Program-made: the position numbers and the translations under genes | Assembly: GCA_018971685.1 (NCBI GenBank) | Contig: JAGXAG010000002.1 | Span: 2,276 to 66,275 of the forward strand | Direction: 5' to 3' | From: Patescibacteria group bacterium | Lineage (GTDB): Bacteria; Patescibacteriota; Minisyncoccia; Phycocordibacterales; PALSA-1337 | DNA length: 64,000 bases | In this document: positions 35,252 to 46,208 of the stretch, piece by piece | How positions within the stretch are numbered: position 1 is the first letter of the stretch | How the letters are laid out: every line of letters starts with the position of its first letter | Notes under the pieces: model-generated | Database searches by the model: none | Told to the model about the DNA's origin: nothing | The model's input: the letters and a program-made list of their open reading frames with translations, nothing else

Positions 35252-36517
35252 ATGCCCTACACCCATTTTTTCTCCAATATGGTCGCCGTAGTCGAACATG
35301 CCGCGAGGCATGGTGGATATCTGTTCTTGTTTTTGATATCGATCGTCGAAGCCATACCTTTCATCGGCGCGTTCGTGCCGGGGCATACGGCGGTCATCGT
35401 TTCCGGATTTTTGGCCAAGATCGGGGTGTTCAATCTGTGGGTTGTAATGGCATTGGCATCAGCCGGCGCAATCTTGGGAGACATGATCGGATTTTATCTG
35501 GGCAGAAAGTACGGCATGTCGTTGGCGGACAAGCTTATGCCGTATTTTTTCATTCGCGCCGAGCATATCGAAAAGGCCAGAGCAATGGTCGGCAAACATA
35601 CCGGTAAAGCGCTCATAATAGGCAGATTCAATCCGATCACGCGTCCGCTCATGCCTTTTATCGTTGGTTCGAGTCATTCGAAAATCGCCAGATTCTGGAT
35701 ATTCAATATTATCGGCGGCATAATGTGGGCGACATCTTCCGTTTTACTCGGCTATGTACTTGGTCTGGGATATCACACCGCCGCCGGTTATTTGGGCAGA
35801 CTTGTCGTAGCGGCCGTAATCGCGGTAATACTGATAGTTTGGGGTTACCGTTTCGTCAATATGCGTTTTCATATTTTCAAAAAATATGAATTGTTCGCGC
35901 TTGGCCTGAATATATTGTCGTTATGGATGTTGGCGAAGACGATCGAAGACGCGTGGGCCGCAAAATCATTCATGGCGAATTTCGACATAGCGGTAAATAT
36001 ATTTATGGCAAACCATGTTACGCCATTTTTAGCCGCAATCTCGGCTGTTATAGGGATCGTGGGCGGCACGGTTGCCACCGGCGGTTTGGGAATATTGTCA
36101 GGAGTAGTACTGGCCTTCAATAAAAAATGGCGCACCGCATCGCTCTTTACCCTCTCGACTGGCTCGACCGGGATTATTCTCGGCATGATGAAAGAATTCT
36201 TTATGCGTGCGCGGCCGGTAAATGCGCTCCAACATTTGACTGACCCGAGTTTCCCGAGCGGCCACTCCGGCCTGGCGGCGGCATTTTTTGTCATCCTGGC
36301 ATATGTGCTTGCGCCGCATATCAAGAATCTGGCCAAGAGAGAATGGATGATTGTCGGTTGCGTGCTCGCAATCATTATTATCGGCCTGTCCCGCGTCGCC
36401 TTGAATGTGCACTGGTCATCCGATGTCATCGCCGGCTGGTCGCTCGGCGTCTTCTGTGCCACCGGTTCGATCTTGTTTGTCAGGTACGCCGGCGCGCTGA
36501 TCGCTAAGAAAAGTTAG
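35252..36517 (+). CDS. DedA-family membrane protein fused to a PAP2 (type-2 phosphatidic acid / undecaprenyl-diphosphate phosphatase) domain
   Basis: N-terminal DedA/SNARE-associated motifs (LFLISIVEAIPFIGAFVPGHTAVI, GRFNPITRPLMPFIVG). C-terminal PAP2 motifs KxxxxxxRP (FMRARP), PSGH (FPSGHSG), SRxxxxxHxxxD (SRVALNVHWSSD). Confidence 0.75.
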   Translation: MPYTHFFSNMVAVVEHAARHGGYLFLFLISIVEAIPFIGAFVPGHTAVIVSGFLAKIGVFNLWVVMALASAGAILGDMIGFYLGRKYGMSLADKLMPYFFIRAEHIEKARAMVGKHTGKALIIGRFNPITRPLMPFIVGSSHSKIARFWIFNIIGGIMWATSSVLLGYVLGLGYHTAAGYLGRLVVAAVIAVILIVWGYRFVNMRFHIFKKYELFALGLNILSLWMLAKTIEDAWAAKSFMANFDIAVNIFMANHVTPFLAAISAVIGIVGGTVATGGLGILSGVVLAFNKKWRTASLFTLSTGSTGIILGMMKEFFMRARPVNALQHLTDPSFPSGHSGLAAAFFVILAYVLAPHIKNLAKREWMIVGCVLAIIIIGLSRVALNVHWSSDVIAGWSLGVFCATGSILFVRYAGALIAKKS

Positions 36518-36671
36518 GCGGTTATTTATTATTTCTGGTTGTCTGGTTTGCGAGAATTGCCAATAAAGTAAAGGCAATAAGTAATAAAGTTCCTAGTCAA
36601 TATTTACGGAGGATTTTTTCATGCCGAAGTTGTTTTGGTAATTTCCTACGGGCATGTTATCATGAAAACAA

Positions 36672-37418
36672 ATGAAAAAACTGGTACTGCTTCGTCATGG
36701 AGAGAGTGTCTGGAATAAGGAAAACCGATTTACCGGTTGGACCGATGTCGACCTGTCCGAAAAAGGCGTGGAGGAGGCCCATGAAGCCGGCAAGAAGTTA
36801 AAAGAGGCCCATTTTCACTTCGATATTGTTTTTGCATCTGTATTAAAAAGGGTTACAAGAACCATGGAAATAGTATTGGAAGAAATGGGGCTTGAAAATA
36901 TCGAAATAAGAAAGTCATGGAAACTCAATGAGAGACATTACGGAGCGTTGCAAGGTTTGAATAAATCTGAAACTGCGCGAAAGTACGGCGAAGAACAAGT
37001 GAAAATGTGGCGAAGGAGTTATGACACGCCGATACCGCCTTTACCCGTTGATAGCCCGATGTACCCCGGCAATGATCCGCTTTACAAAGATTTGGGTAAA
37101 TCAGAAATCCCTTTATCCGAAACTTTGAAAAATGTTGTCGAGAACAGAATAATCCCTTATTGGAATGAAGAGATTGCCCCAGCCGTAAAATTGGGGAAAA
37201 TGGTATTGATTGTCGCTTCCGGCAATAGCCTAAGAGGCTTGGTAAAAATCATTGAAGGCATATCTGATCTGGAAATAGCCGGTTTGGATATTCCTACGGG
37301 TATTCCAATAATTTATGATCTGAATGATGATTTAAAGCCGGTGAAAAAATATTATCTTGCCGCTCCGGATAAATTAAAAAAAGCGGTACAAACAGTCGAA
37401 AACCAAGGTAAATCGTGA
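36672..37418 (+). CDS. gpmA: 2,3-bisphosphoglycerate-dependent phosphoglycerate mutase
   Basis: LVLLRHGESVWNKENRFTGWTDVDLSEKG (RHGE catalytic His motif). 248 aa. Confidence 0.9.
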   Translation: MKKLVLLRHGESVWNKENRFTGWTDVDLSEKGVEEAHEAGKKLKEAHFHFDIVFASVLKRVTRTMEIVLEEMGLENIEIRKSWKLNERHYGALQGLNKSETARKYGEEQVKMWRRSYDTPIPPLPVDSPMYPGNDPLYKDLGKSEIPLSETLKNVVENRIIPYWNEEIAPAVKLGKMVLIVASGNSLRGLVKIIEGISDLEIAGLDIPTGIPIIYDLNDDLKPVKKYYLAAPDKLKKAVQTVENQGKS

Positions 37419-37690
37419 CTATAGCAAGTAGATGTGTTTTAATTTTATAAAAAATTATACCACAGAAAAGCAATCAGAATTACAGCGTTTATTCTACTGT
37501 GTTGTTTGACTTGTAGTCAATAATATTTGCAAATAACTAGAACTATTGCCGCAGGATTATAATATTCATTGCGAGAGCTAACCAACTCGCCTGAATAAAA
37601 TGGCGAAAGAAAAGCCACAGCAACCGCAGCAGCCGAATCCGGCGCCGCAGACACCTCCGACGAGTGCGTAAATGCGGAAAGCGATCACAC

Positions 37691-37714
37691 AAAAGCCGCC
37701 GAAAGGCGGCTTTT
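37691..37714. terminator. Hairpin terminator (AAAAGCCGCC-GAAA-GGCGGCTTTT) in the gpmA-eno intergenic region
   Basis: Perfect 10-bp stem with A/T runs on both sides. Lies just after a 23-codon Pro/Gln-rich mini-ORF (37600-37671). Confidence 0.5.
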
Positions 37715-37941
37715 GTGCATAATATCTACGGCTCAAGAGAAAGATTCCAAAAAAATTAAGTGGTGTCCTATCACCGGACAGTGCCGGTTTATTAATGGAC
37801 CCTAAAGTGTTTGTTTAAGGATCTTCTCCAGGGTAGACCTAGGTTAACTATAGACTTTGTCAGCAAAAAGTCAACGCCAAAACCAATGATTTCTGGGCAG
37901 AACCTGTTGATATGCTGTTAATAATTAAAAAATCCTGTGGA

Positions 37942-39234
<1,293 letters not shown>

Positions 39235-39412
39235 TTAATCGTTTAACATAAAATATGACTATTAAATAATAAGTTTAACGGATTTTTCTCGCCCGTCAAT
39301 ATTGAAATTTTCGCAGATTATGTTGTGATACGGGTTCGCGATCAAATTCCAGGAATAATGCTATAATTTTATCAGAAAATCATTACCAGAATTAATCAAG
39401 CAATAAAATAAC

Positions 39413-39682
39413 ATGAATGATCAAAGCGTAAGGTTGGCCGAGGATAATATCAAGCATTGTAAAGATGCCATAGATCTGGCGGGTCAAGAGATGAAGCATT
39501 TGCGCTCTGTCATAGATACGAAAAAGCGAGAAATCGAACAGATGGAAACAAGTATTCAAAAAACACGACAAGAAATTTCAGATTCGGAAAGTAAAATAAG
39601 GGAAATAACAAGGAAAATGCCCGGACTTCAACTTGCTCTGAAGAAAGCCGAGGCCGGAGCGTTGTCGGCTAAGGTGCACTGA
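39413..39682 (+). CDS. Hypothetical small coiled-coil protein (89 aa)
   Basis: Heptad-like charged sequence, no motif recognised. Divergent from eno. Confidence 0.4.
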   Translation: MNDQSVRLAEDNIKHCKDAIDLAGQEMKHLRSVIDTKKREIEQMETSIQKTRQEISDSESKIREITRKMPGLQLALKKAEAGALSAKVH

Positions 39683-39693
39683 ACCGTACACGG

Positions 39694-40875
39694 TCAATTG
39701 GTATCTCTGATGGTGAGCGCGGGATAAAGAGCCAGGAGCGTCAGGACGCCCACCACGGCGAACATGTATTCGTTGGTGGTAAACAGCAGGCCCGCCATGG
39801 TGACCAAGGGCGCGAAGAAATACGAGAGCGGCCTGGTGATGCGGAATACGCCCAACGCCGCCGAGTCGCGCGGCGAGACAGTCTTGAAGAAATAAGTTTC
39901 CATCATGATTTCCGCCGCCGCCGCGCCGATCCTGGTCGTGAAGAGCGCTGCTGCCCAGATCAGCAGATTCGGTGTGCGAATGAAAGCTAATCCTACGGTC
40001 GTTAGTCCCATCAGGAGAAATCCCAGACTCATAATCTCCTTTTCGCCAAAACGGTTGTCCGCCAATTTTCCCAGTGGGAATTGAACCAGCGGGAACGGCA
40101 GCAGCATGACTGTCAGGATTATACCGATCTGCTCCCAGCCGAAGCCCATTGTTTTATTCAAATAAATAGGGCAGTAAACGGTCATCCATGCGTAGAAAGT
40201 TTGCAAGACGATATTGGCTGAGAATAACTTTATCCAATTGCGATTGTGTCCGATATGCTTTGCCAGCTGTATCGGCGATAAGTGAGTGTAATTGGGGTCT
40301 TTAAATTTTGGAAAGTTGCGATATATGAGATAGAGCAAAGGAAACAGCATCGCCAAAGCCGCCACATAAGTATTGCGGAAATTGTTCGTGCCGTTTATAA
40401 GCATACTGCCCAGAAGCGGCGCCACTATCCATGAGGTGTTCAGGGTTGCCGTATAAAGTCCGCGGACTGCGCCGACCCGCGCGCTGTCGGTGTAAACTTC
40501 AAGGAAAATATCCAAAGTCAGCGCGATGAGCGAAACAACTGCTGATTGCAATATGAAAAGGGCCGCGATTGTGAAGGCGGATTGTGCTGTGACAAGTCCG
40601 TAGAATATGATCGCCTGTATCATAACCAGCGAGATCGCCGTGCGGTAATTGCCTAATCGGCGTATTATTGAAGGAGCGATCAAATATCCAAATATCGAGA
40701 CGGCGGCGCCGGCCATGTAGATATAACCGACCGTCTGTTCGTCGGCGAACAGCGACAAAAAGCTTGAATTGGAATACATCGGTATGACCAGGTGCAAAGT
40801 GTATATGAAACCGATGACGGCGATAGTATATATGGTGTGGCTTTTGGAAGTCGTGACCGTCTGTGTCTTATTCAT
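39694..40875 (-). CDS. MFS-family transporter
   Basis: About 12 predicted hydrophobic helices across 393 aa. G-rich loop motifs typical of major facilitator proteins. Confidence 0.8.
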   Translation of the reverse strand: MNKTQTVTTSKSHTIYTIAVIGFIYTLHLVIPMYSNSSFLSLFADEQTVGYIYMAGAAVSIFGYLIAPSIIRRLGNYRTAISLVMIQAIIFYGLVTAQSAFTIAALFILQSAVVSLIALTLDIFLEVYTDSARVGAVRGLYTATLNTSWIVAPLLGSMLINGTNNFRNTYVAALAMLFPLLYLIYRNFPKFKDPNYTHLSPIQLAKHIGHNRNWIKLFSANIVLQTFYAWMTVYCPIYLNKTMGFGWEQIGIILTVMLLPFPLVQFPLGKLADNRFGEKEIMSLGFLLMGLTTVGLAFIRTPNLLIWAAALFTTRIGAAAAEIMMETYFFKTVSPRDSAALGVFRITRPLSYFFAPLVTMAGLLFTTNEYMFAVVGVLTLLALYPALTIRDTN

Positions 40876-40919
40876 GGCAATATGATATCATTGAATTATA
40901 ACAAATAACAAAAACAACC

Positions 40920-41471
40920 ATGACATTTGATCCAAAAAGTTTTGATAAGCAATTAGCCGTGGCCGCAGAGTGGCTGACAAAGGAGTTTCAACAAATAAGG
41001 ACCGGCCAAGCTTCGCCGGCCGTGCTGGATCCCGTCAAAGTCGAGTCTTACGGCACGCCCACCGCCTTGAAGGAAGTGGCGAGTATAACCATTGAAGGCG
41101 CCAGAACCATGCGTGTGTCGCCTTGGGACAAGTCTCTTGTCAAAGAGATTGAAAAAGCGATCACCGCGGCTAATTTGGGATTGTCGGTTGTTGCGGATCA
41201 GGAAGGTCTGCGGGTGAACTTTCCTGAATTGACGACGGATCGCAGAAAAGAAATAGTTAAAAACGCCAAAGAAAAACTGGAGGAAGCAAGGAAGCAGGTG
41301 CGCATGGCCAGAGATCGCACAGTCCGCGAACTGCAAGACAAAGAGAAAGACGGCGACATGGGCAAAGATGACGCGTTTCGCGCCAAGAATGAGGTGCAGA
41401 AGACGGTCGACGCGGCCAATAAAAAGTTGGATGAATTGTTTGCAAAAAAAGAACATGATATTTTGGATTAG
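40920..41471 (+). CDS. frr: Ribosome recycling factor
   Basis: 183 aa with conserved RRF blocks (IRTGQASPAVLDPVKVESYG ... LRVNFPELTTDRRKEIVK). Confidence 0.9.
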   Translation: MTFDPKSFDKQLAVAAEWLTKEFQQIRTGQASPAVLDPVKVESYGTPTALKEVASITIEGARTMRVSPWDKSLVKEIEKAITAANLGLSVVADQEGLRVNFPELTTDRRKEIVKNAKEKLEEARKQVRMARDRTVRELQDKEKDGDMGKDDAFRAKNEVQKTVDAANKKLDELFAKKEHDILD

Positions 41472-41540
41472 TGCGAAGTAGGCGGCCGCCTTCTGCAAAG
41501 CAAGGGGGTGCCAGTCTGTGCGATCTTTGTTTGGCAAATC

Positions 41541-42680
41541 ATGACCACGGCGATCATATTCATAGTAGTATTGGCAGTACTCATATTTGTTCACGAATTG
41601 GGGCACTTTTTGGCGGCGAGAGCTTGCGGCATAAGGGTTGATGCGTTCAAGATAGGCTTCGGGCCGAAGATTTTTTCATGGCAAAAAGGGGAAACAGAAT
41701 ACGGCGTGAATGCAATTCCATTCGGAGGATATGTGAAAATTTTCGGTGAAAATCCGGACGGCGAATCGATCTCTGGGCCGGATTCGCCGCGGAGCTTTGT
41801 CAATAAGCCCAGATGGCAGCAGGCGATCGTGCTTTTCGCGGGAGTGTTTTTCAACTTCTTGTTCGCGTGGCTCCTGTATTCCATCGTATTCGCCGGCGGC
41901 GTAACCGCGGCAACGGACGGTTTCGAGCAGTATGCCGGCAGGTTTCATAACGAAAGGATAATGATTACCTATGTCGAGCCCGGTTCGCCGGCGGAAAAAG
42001 CAGGCATCGCAACCGGAGATACTATTGATCAGGTTTTGATGGCCGACGGCGGTTTGCCGGTTGTCGACAATTTAAATACCGGCACGGTTTCCAACGGAAA
42101 AATATCCGATATACAAAATCTGATAAACGGCAGTGGCGTCAGCCCGGTAAGTATTGAGTATTCGACGATTGGAAATGTGACCAAGACTGTCATGGTTACA
42201 CCTGTAAAAGGCATTGTGGAAGGAAAATACGCCATCGGCATCGCCATGCAGACGGTCGCCGATTTCAGTTTGCCTCTGCCGACGGCGATTTACGAGGGCG
42301 CGCATTATACGGCAGTGCTTGTAAAAGAGACGGCAATAGGATTGTACGCATTCATCGCCAATATTTTCCGCGGCACACCGAACTTCTCCGATGTAGCGGG
42401 TCCGGTGGGTATTGCGGGCATTGTCGGCAATGCGGCGGAAATGGGCTTCAAATATTTGTTGATGGTTACGGCGATCATTTCCTTGAATTTGGGAGTGATC
42501 AACCTAATCCCGTTCCCTGCTCTTGACGGCGGCCGCATTTTATTCGTGGGACTAGAAGGCATTAGTCGCCGTCGTATTCCGCCCAAATTCGCTAATACCG
42601 TGAATGCTATCGGCTTTGCACTGCTCATCTTGCTTATGGTTGCGGTGACTTACAAAGATATTGCCAAATTGTTTATGTGA
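41541..42680 (+). CDS. rseP: RIP zinc metalloprotease (site-2 protease) RseP
   Basis: HELGHFLAARACGIRV (HExxH in a TM helix). Central PDZ-like domain. C-terminal LDGG motif region (FPALDGGRILF). Confidence 0.85.
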   Translation: MTTAIIFIVVLAVLIFVHELGHFLAARACGIRVDAFKIGFGPKIFSWQKGETEYGVNAIPFGGYVKIFGENPDGESISGPDSPRSFVNKPRWQQAIVLFAGVFFNFLFAWLLYSIVFAGGVTAATDGFEQYAGRFHNERIMITYVEPGSPAEKAGIATGDTIDQVLMADGGLPVVDNLNTGTVSNGKISDIQNLINGSGVSPVSIEYSTIGNVTKTVMVTPVKGIVEGKYAIGIAMQTVADFSLPLPTAIYEGAHYTAVLVKETAIGLYAFIANIFRGTPNFSDVAGPVGIAGIVGNAAEMGFKYLLMVTAIISLNLGVINLIPFPALDGGRILFVGLEGISRRRIPPKFANTVNAIGFALLILLMVAVTYKDIAKLFM

Positions 42681-42704
42681 CCGGATCCTGTTAAAATCAC
42701 CACA

Positions 42705-43940
42705 ATGAGACAATCGGAATTATTCACGAAGACGAGAAGGGAGGCGCCCAAGGATGAGGTGGCGAAGAACGCGCAATTATTGATCCGCGCGGGTTATATC
42801 CACAAGGAAACCGCCGGAGCGTACTCTTATCTGCCTTTGGGACTGCGGGTCTTGAATAAAATTGTAGGTGTGATCCGCGAAGAGATGAATGTAATCGGCG
42901 GACAGGAGGTTTTATTGACGGCGTTGCAGAACAAGGAGACTTGGCAAGCGAGCGGCCGTTGGGACGACAAAGATTTGGAAATTTGGTTCAAGACTTCGCT
43001 CAAAGGCGGCGGCGAGCTTGGTTTGGGATTTACGCATGAAGAACCGCTGACGGCGCTTATGAAGGATCATATCCGATCGTTTAGAGATTTGCCGGTGGGC
43101 GTTTACCAATTCCAGACTAAATTCCGTAATGAACCGCGCGCCAAGTCGGGCCTCATGCGCGGCCGCGAATTCTTGATGAAGGATCTTTATACTTTTTGCA
43201 AAGATGAAAAAGAACAGAACGAGTACTATGAAAAAGCGAAGCAAGCTTACATCCGCATTTTCGATCGGCTGGGTATCGGTGGTGAGACCTATGTCACTTT
43301 CGCTTCGGGCGGTTCATTCTCGAAATATTCGCACGAATTCCAAACTTTGACCGATGCCGGCGAAGATACCATATATGTGAGCGAGGCCAAGAAAATAGCG
43401 GTCAACAAGGAGGTCATGAATGATGAAGTTCTGAAAGATCTCGGCCTGCACAGGTCGGACCTGTGTGAGAAAAAAGCCGTGGAAGTGGGCAACATTTTCA
43501 ACTTGGGTACTAAATTCTCGGATGCGCTCAACTTGGTTTACAAGGACGAAAAAGGGCAGTCGAAGCCGGTCTGGATGGGCAGTTACGGCATTGGTCCCGG
43601 GCGCGTTATGGGAACTATTGTTGAATTGAAATCTGACGACAAGGGTCTCGTCTGGCCGGAATCGGTGGCGCCTTTCGCCATTCATCTGGTCGCCCTGTTT
43701 GACCAATCCGGCAAAGTGAAGAAAGCGGCGGATGATCTCTATTCGAAACTTTCCGCCAAAGGTGTTGAAGTTCTCTACGATGACCGTGAATTAAGTGCCG
43801 GCGAAAAATTCTCGGATGCGGATCTTATTGGAATTCCCAAGAGGTATGTGGTGAGCGAAAAAACGCTGGCGAATGATTCGGTGGAGGTGAAAGATAGGGT
43901 GACGGGAAAAATAGAGCTAGCACCTACATTCAAGCTATGA
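42705..43940 (+). CDS. proS: Prolyl-tRNA synthetase (short form without the editing insertion)
   Basis: N-terminus MRQSELFTKTRREAPKDEVAKNAQLLIRAGYI and class-II motifs. 411 aa. Confidence 0.9.
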   Translation: MRQSELFTKTRREAPKDEVAKNAQLLIRAGYIHKETAGAYSYLPLGLRVLNKIVGVIREEMNVIGGQEVLLTALQNKETWQASGRWDDKDLEIWFKTSLKGGGELGLGFTHEEPLTALMKDHIRSFRDLPVGVYQFQTKFRNEPRAKSGLMRGREFLMKDLYTFCKDEKEQNEYYEKAKQAYIRIFDRLGIGGETYVTFASGGSFSKYSHEFQTLTDAGEDTIYVSEAKKIAVNKEVMNDEVLKDLGLHRSDLCEKKAVEVGNIFNLGTKFSDALNLVYKDEKGQSKPVWMGSYGIGPGRVMGTIVELKSDDKGLVWPESVAPFAIHLVALFDQSGKVKKAADDLYSKLSAKGVEVLYDDRELSAGEKFSDADLIGIPKRYVVSEKTLANDSVEVKDRVTGKIELAPTFKL

Positions 43941-43952
43941 TAATGTACCGTC

Positions 43953-45020
43953 ATGGCTTCATTCAAGGACAGAAAAGACAAATTCCTGGGAAAATTTTCA
44001 AATGACATCGGCATCGACTTGGGGACGGCAAACACCCTGGTGTATGTGCGCGGCAAGGGAATAGTGGTCAATGAGCCGTCGGTGGTGGCCGTCAATCAGA
44101 AGACCGGACAGGTGGTGGCGGTCGGCAGTGCCGCAAAGGAAATGCTCGGCAGGACGCCTCTCCATATAACAGCCGTCAGGCCGCTGGTCGACGGCGTTAT
44201 TTCAGACTTCGAAGTGACCGAAGAAATGCTGTCGTATCTGATGAAGCGCGCCGGCGAATTCATGCCGAAAAGATTTTTGGGTCCGAGAGTCGTCGTGGGC
44301 GTGCCTTCCGGCGTGACCAATGTGGAAGTCAGAGCTGTGCGCGACGCCGCCAAGAACGCCGGCGCCAGGGAAGTCTATATAGTGGAACAGCCCATGGCTG
44401 GCGCCATCGGCGTTCGACTGCCCGTCCATGATCCGGTTGGCAGCATGGTTGTAGACATAGGCGGGGGCACCACCGACATTGCCGTAATTTCATTGGGCGG
44501 CATCGTCAGGTCCAAGAATTTGAAAATCGCCGGCGACAAATTCAACAATGACATCATTACTTATATCCGCAACGAGTTCAAGATCTTGATAGGAGAAACA
44601 ACCGCTGAGCAAGTCAAGATCGCTGTCGGCTTGGTCGTTGCCGGCGAACCGCTGGAGACCACTATCCGCGGTCGAGACTTGATCACCGGTTTGCCGCGCG
44701 AAGTGATCATTACGGATTCAGACATCCGGGAAGCCATGGCGCAGTCGGTCGGCATCATCGTCGAGTCAGCCAAAGAGGTGTTGGAAATGACGCCGCCGGA
44801 AATCCTCTCCGACATCATGAAGCGCGGAGTGCACCTAGTCGGCGGCGGCGCGCTCATCAAAGGCTTGAATGTGTTGCTCTCCGAGGCGCTCAAAATCCCG
44901 GTGACTGTCGCCGATGATCCATTGACGGCGATCGCGCGCGGCGCCGGCGTGATCCTCGAAGACTTGGACACTTATCGGAGCGTGCTCATAGAAAGCGAAG
45001 ACGACATAAATGCAAAATAA
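43953..45020 (+). CDS. mreB: Rod shape-determining protein MreB
   Basis: IGIDLGTANTLVYV phosphate-1 motif and full actin-like fold. 355 aa. Confidence 0.95.
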   Translation: MASFKDRKDKFLGKFSNDIGIDLGTANTLVYVRGKGIVVNEPSVVAVNQKTGQVVAVGSAAKEMLGRTPLHITAVRPLVDGVISDFEVTEEMLSYLMKRAGEFMPKRFLGPRVVVGVPSGVTNVEVRAVRDAAKNAGAREVYIVEQPMAGAIGVRLPVHDPVGSMVVDIGGGTTDIAVISLGGIVRSKNLKIAGDKFNNDIITYIRNEFKILIGETTAEQVKIAVGLVVAGEPLETTIRGRDLITGLPREVIITDSDIREAMAQSVGIIVESAKEVLEMTPPEILSDIMKRGVHLVGGGALIKGLNVLLSEALKIPVTVADDPLTAIARGAGVILEDLDTYRSVLIESEDDINAK

Positions 45021-45921
45021 CGGCAACAAATCTTTATGGCGACGGACAAAAGTTAAAAATTTTTCCGTAGCCGTTCTAACTTTGTTGATTATAGTTTTTG
45101 TATTTTTGCGATGGCTGGCCCCGCATTTTTTGCCGTCATTGTTTACTAGTGTCGCTGTTCCGTTCTGGCGCGCGGAATTTTCCGTGGCCAGTGGATCCTT
45201 GCAATCGCCGCAACAATTATTGGATGAGAATGAATCGCTCAAGTTGCAATTGGCGGCCGATGAATTGAGATTGAATACGGTAAGGTCCGTTGAATTGGAA
45301 AACGCGGAACTAAAGGATCTCTTGGGACGAAGCGTCGATGTTTCGATTTTCAACGCCGGCGGAACAGGCGCCGACGCCACTTCAACGCAGACGGCGTCGT
45401 CTTCAATCGGCGTGTCTAGAGAATACGCGACTTTCTTGCGGATGATCTCGTCGCAAAAACCGGCTCAATCAAGGATCATTTCTCCGATATTGATGCGCCC
45501 TCCATTTGTTCCGTATGACGAATTGATAATTGACGGCGGTTCCGATATCGGATTTTCAACCGGCGACAAGGTGTATGCGCCGGGCAATGTTTTGATCGGA
45601 AAGATTGTCGATACGCTGAATCGGACTTCGAAAGTCATTTTGTTTTCTTCGCCGGGCCAAACTTACCAAGTAATGTTGGCTTCTTCGAGCGTTTCGATAA
45701 CCGCGATTGGCCGCGGTGGCGGACAATATTCCGCCCAAGTTTCGCGTGACATTTCCGTCAAAGCGGGCGATTTTATAATCAACCCATCTCTTAACGATCG
45801 CGCTTTCGGCGTCGTTTTCCATGTAATCGCCGATCCCACTCAGCCGTTCCAAACCGTTCTCTTTGCTCCGCCGGTCAATCTTTACCAGTTGAAGTGGGTG
45901 ATGATCGATAAATCAAAATGA
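45010..45921 (+). CDS. mreC: Rod shape-determining protein MreC (by position and architecture)
   Basis: N-terminal TM. Coiled-coil (LKLQLAADELRLNT...ENAELKDLL). C-terminal beta domain. Immediately follows mreB with overlap. Confidence 0.7.
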   Translation: MQNNGNKSLWRRTKVKNFSVAVLTLLIIVFVFLRWLAPHFLPSLFTSVAVPFWRAEFSVASGSLQSPQQLLDENESLKLQLAADELRLNTVRSVELENAELKDLLGRSVDVSIFNAGGTGADATSTQTASSSIGVSREYATFLRMISSQKPAQSRIISPILMRPPFVPYDELIIDGGSDIGFSTGDKVYAPGNVLIGKIVDTLNRTSKVILFSSPGQTYQVMLASSSVSITAIGRGGGQYSAQVSRDISVKAGDFIINPSLNDRAFGVVFHVIADPTQPFQTVLFAPPVNLYQLKWVMIDKSK

Positions 45922-46181
45922 ATAAGTTAACGATCAGGATAGTATTGGACATTATACTGTTCGTCTGTATTGTAAACGCCTGGTGGTATTTCGCCCTGCC
46001 GCTTGCCGTGGTTGGGGCGTTCGCATTTCCATTTTACATAGAATTCATCGTCGCCGGAATCATGTACGACGCATTATTCGCTATGGTTCAAGGAATGGGC
46101 GTATGGGCGTATTCCGGTACCATTGTATCGCTGGTTTTATTTATAATGATAACGACGCTAAAAAATTTCATAAGAAGATAA
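45918..46181 (+). CDS. mreD: Small polytopic membrane protein, probable MreD
   Basis: 87 aa, three hydrophobic helices. Translationally coupled (ATGA) to mreC. Sits between mreC and the PBP2 gene. Confidence 0.5.
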   Translation: MNKLTIRIVLDIILFVCIVNAWWYFALPLAVVGAFAFPFYIEFIVAGIMYDALFAMVQGMGVWAYSGTIVSLVLFIMITTLKNFIRR

Positions 46182-46208
46182 ACTGATGTATTATTACATA
46201 TCAATAGA

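Noticed and set aside
37600-37671. 23-codon Pro/Gln-rich ORF as a confident gene call
   Set aside because: Too short and low-complexity to call as a CDS without conservation or expression evidence. Kept only as a finding.
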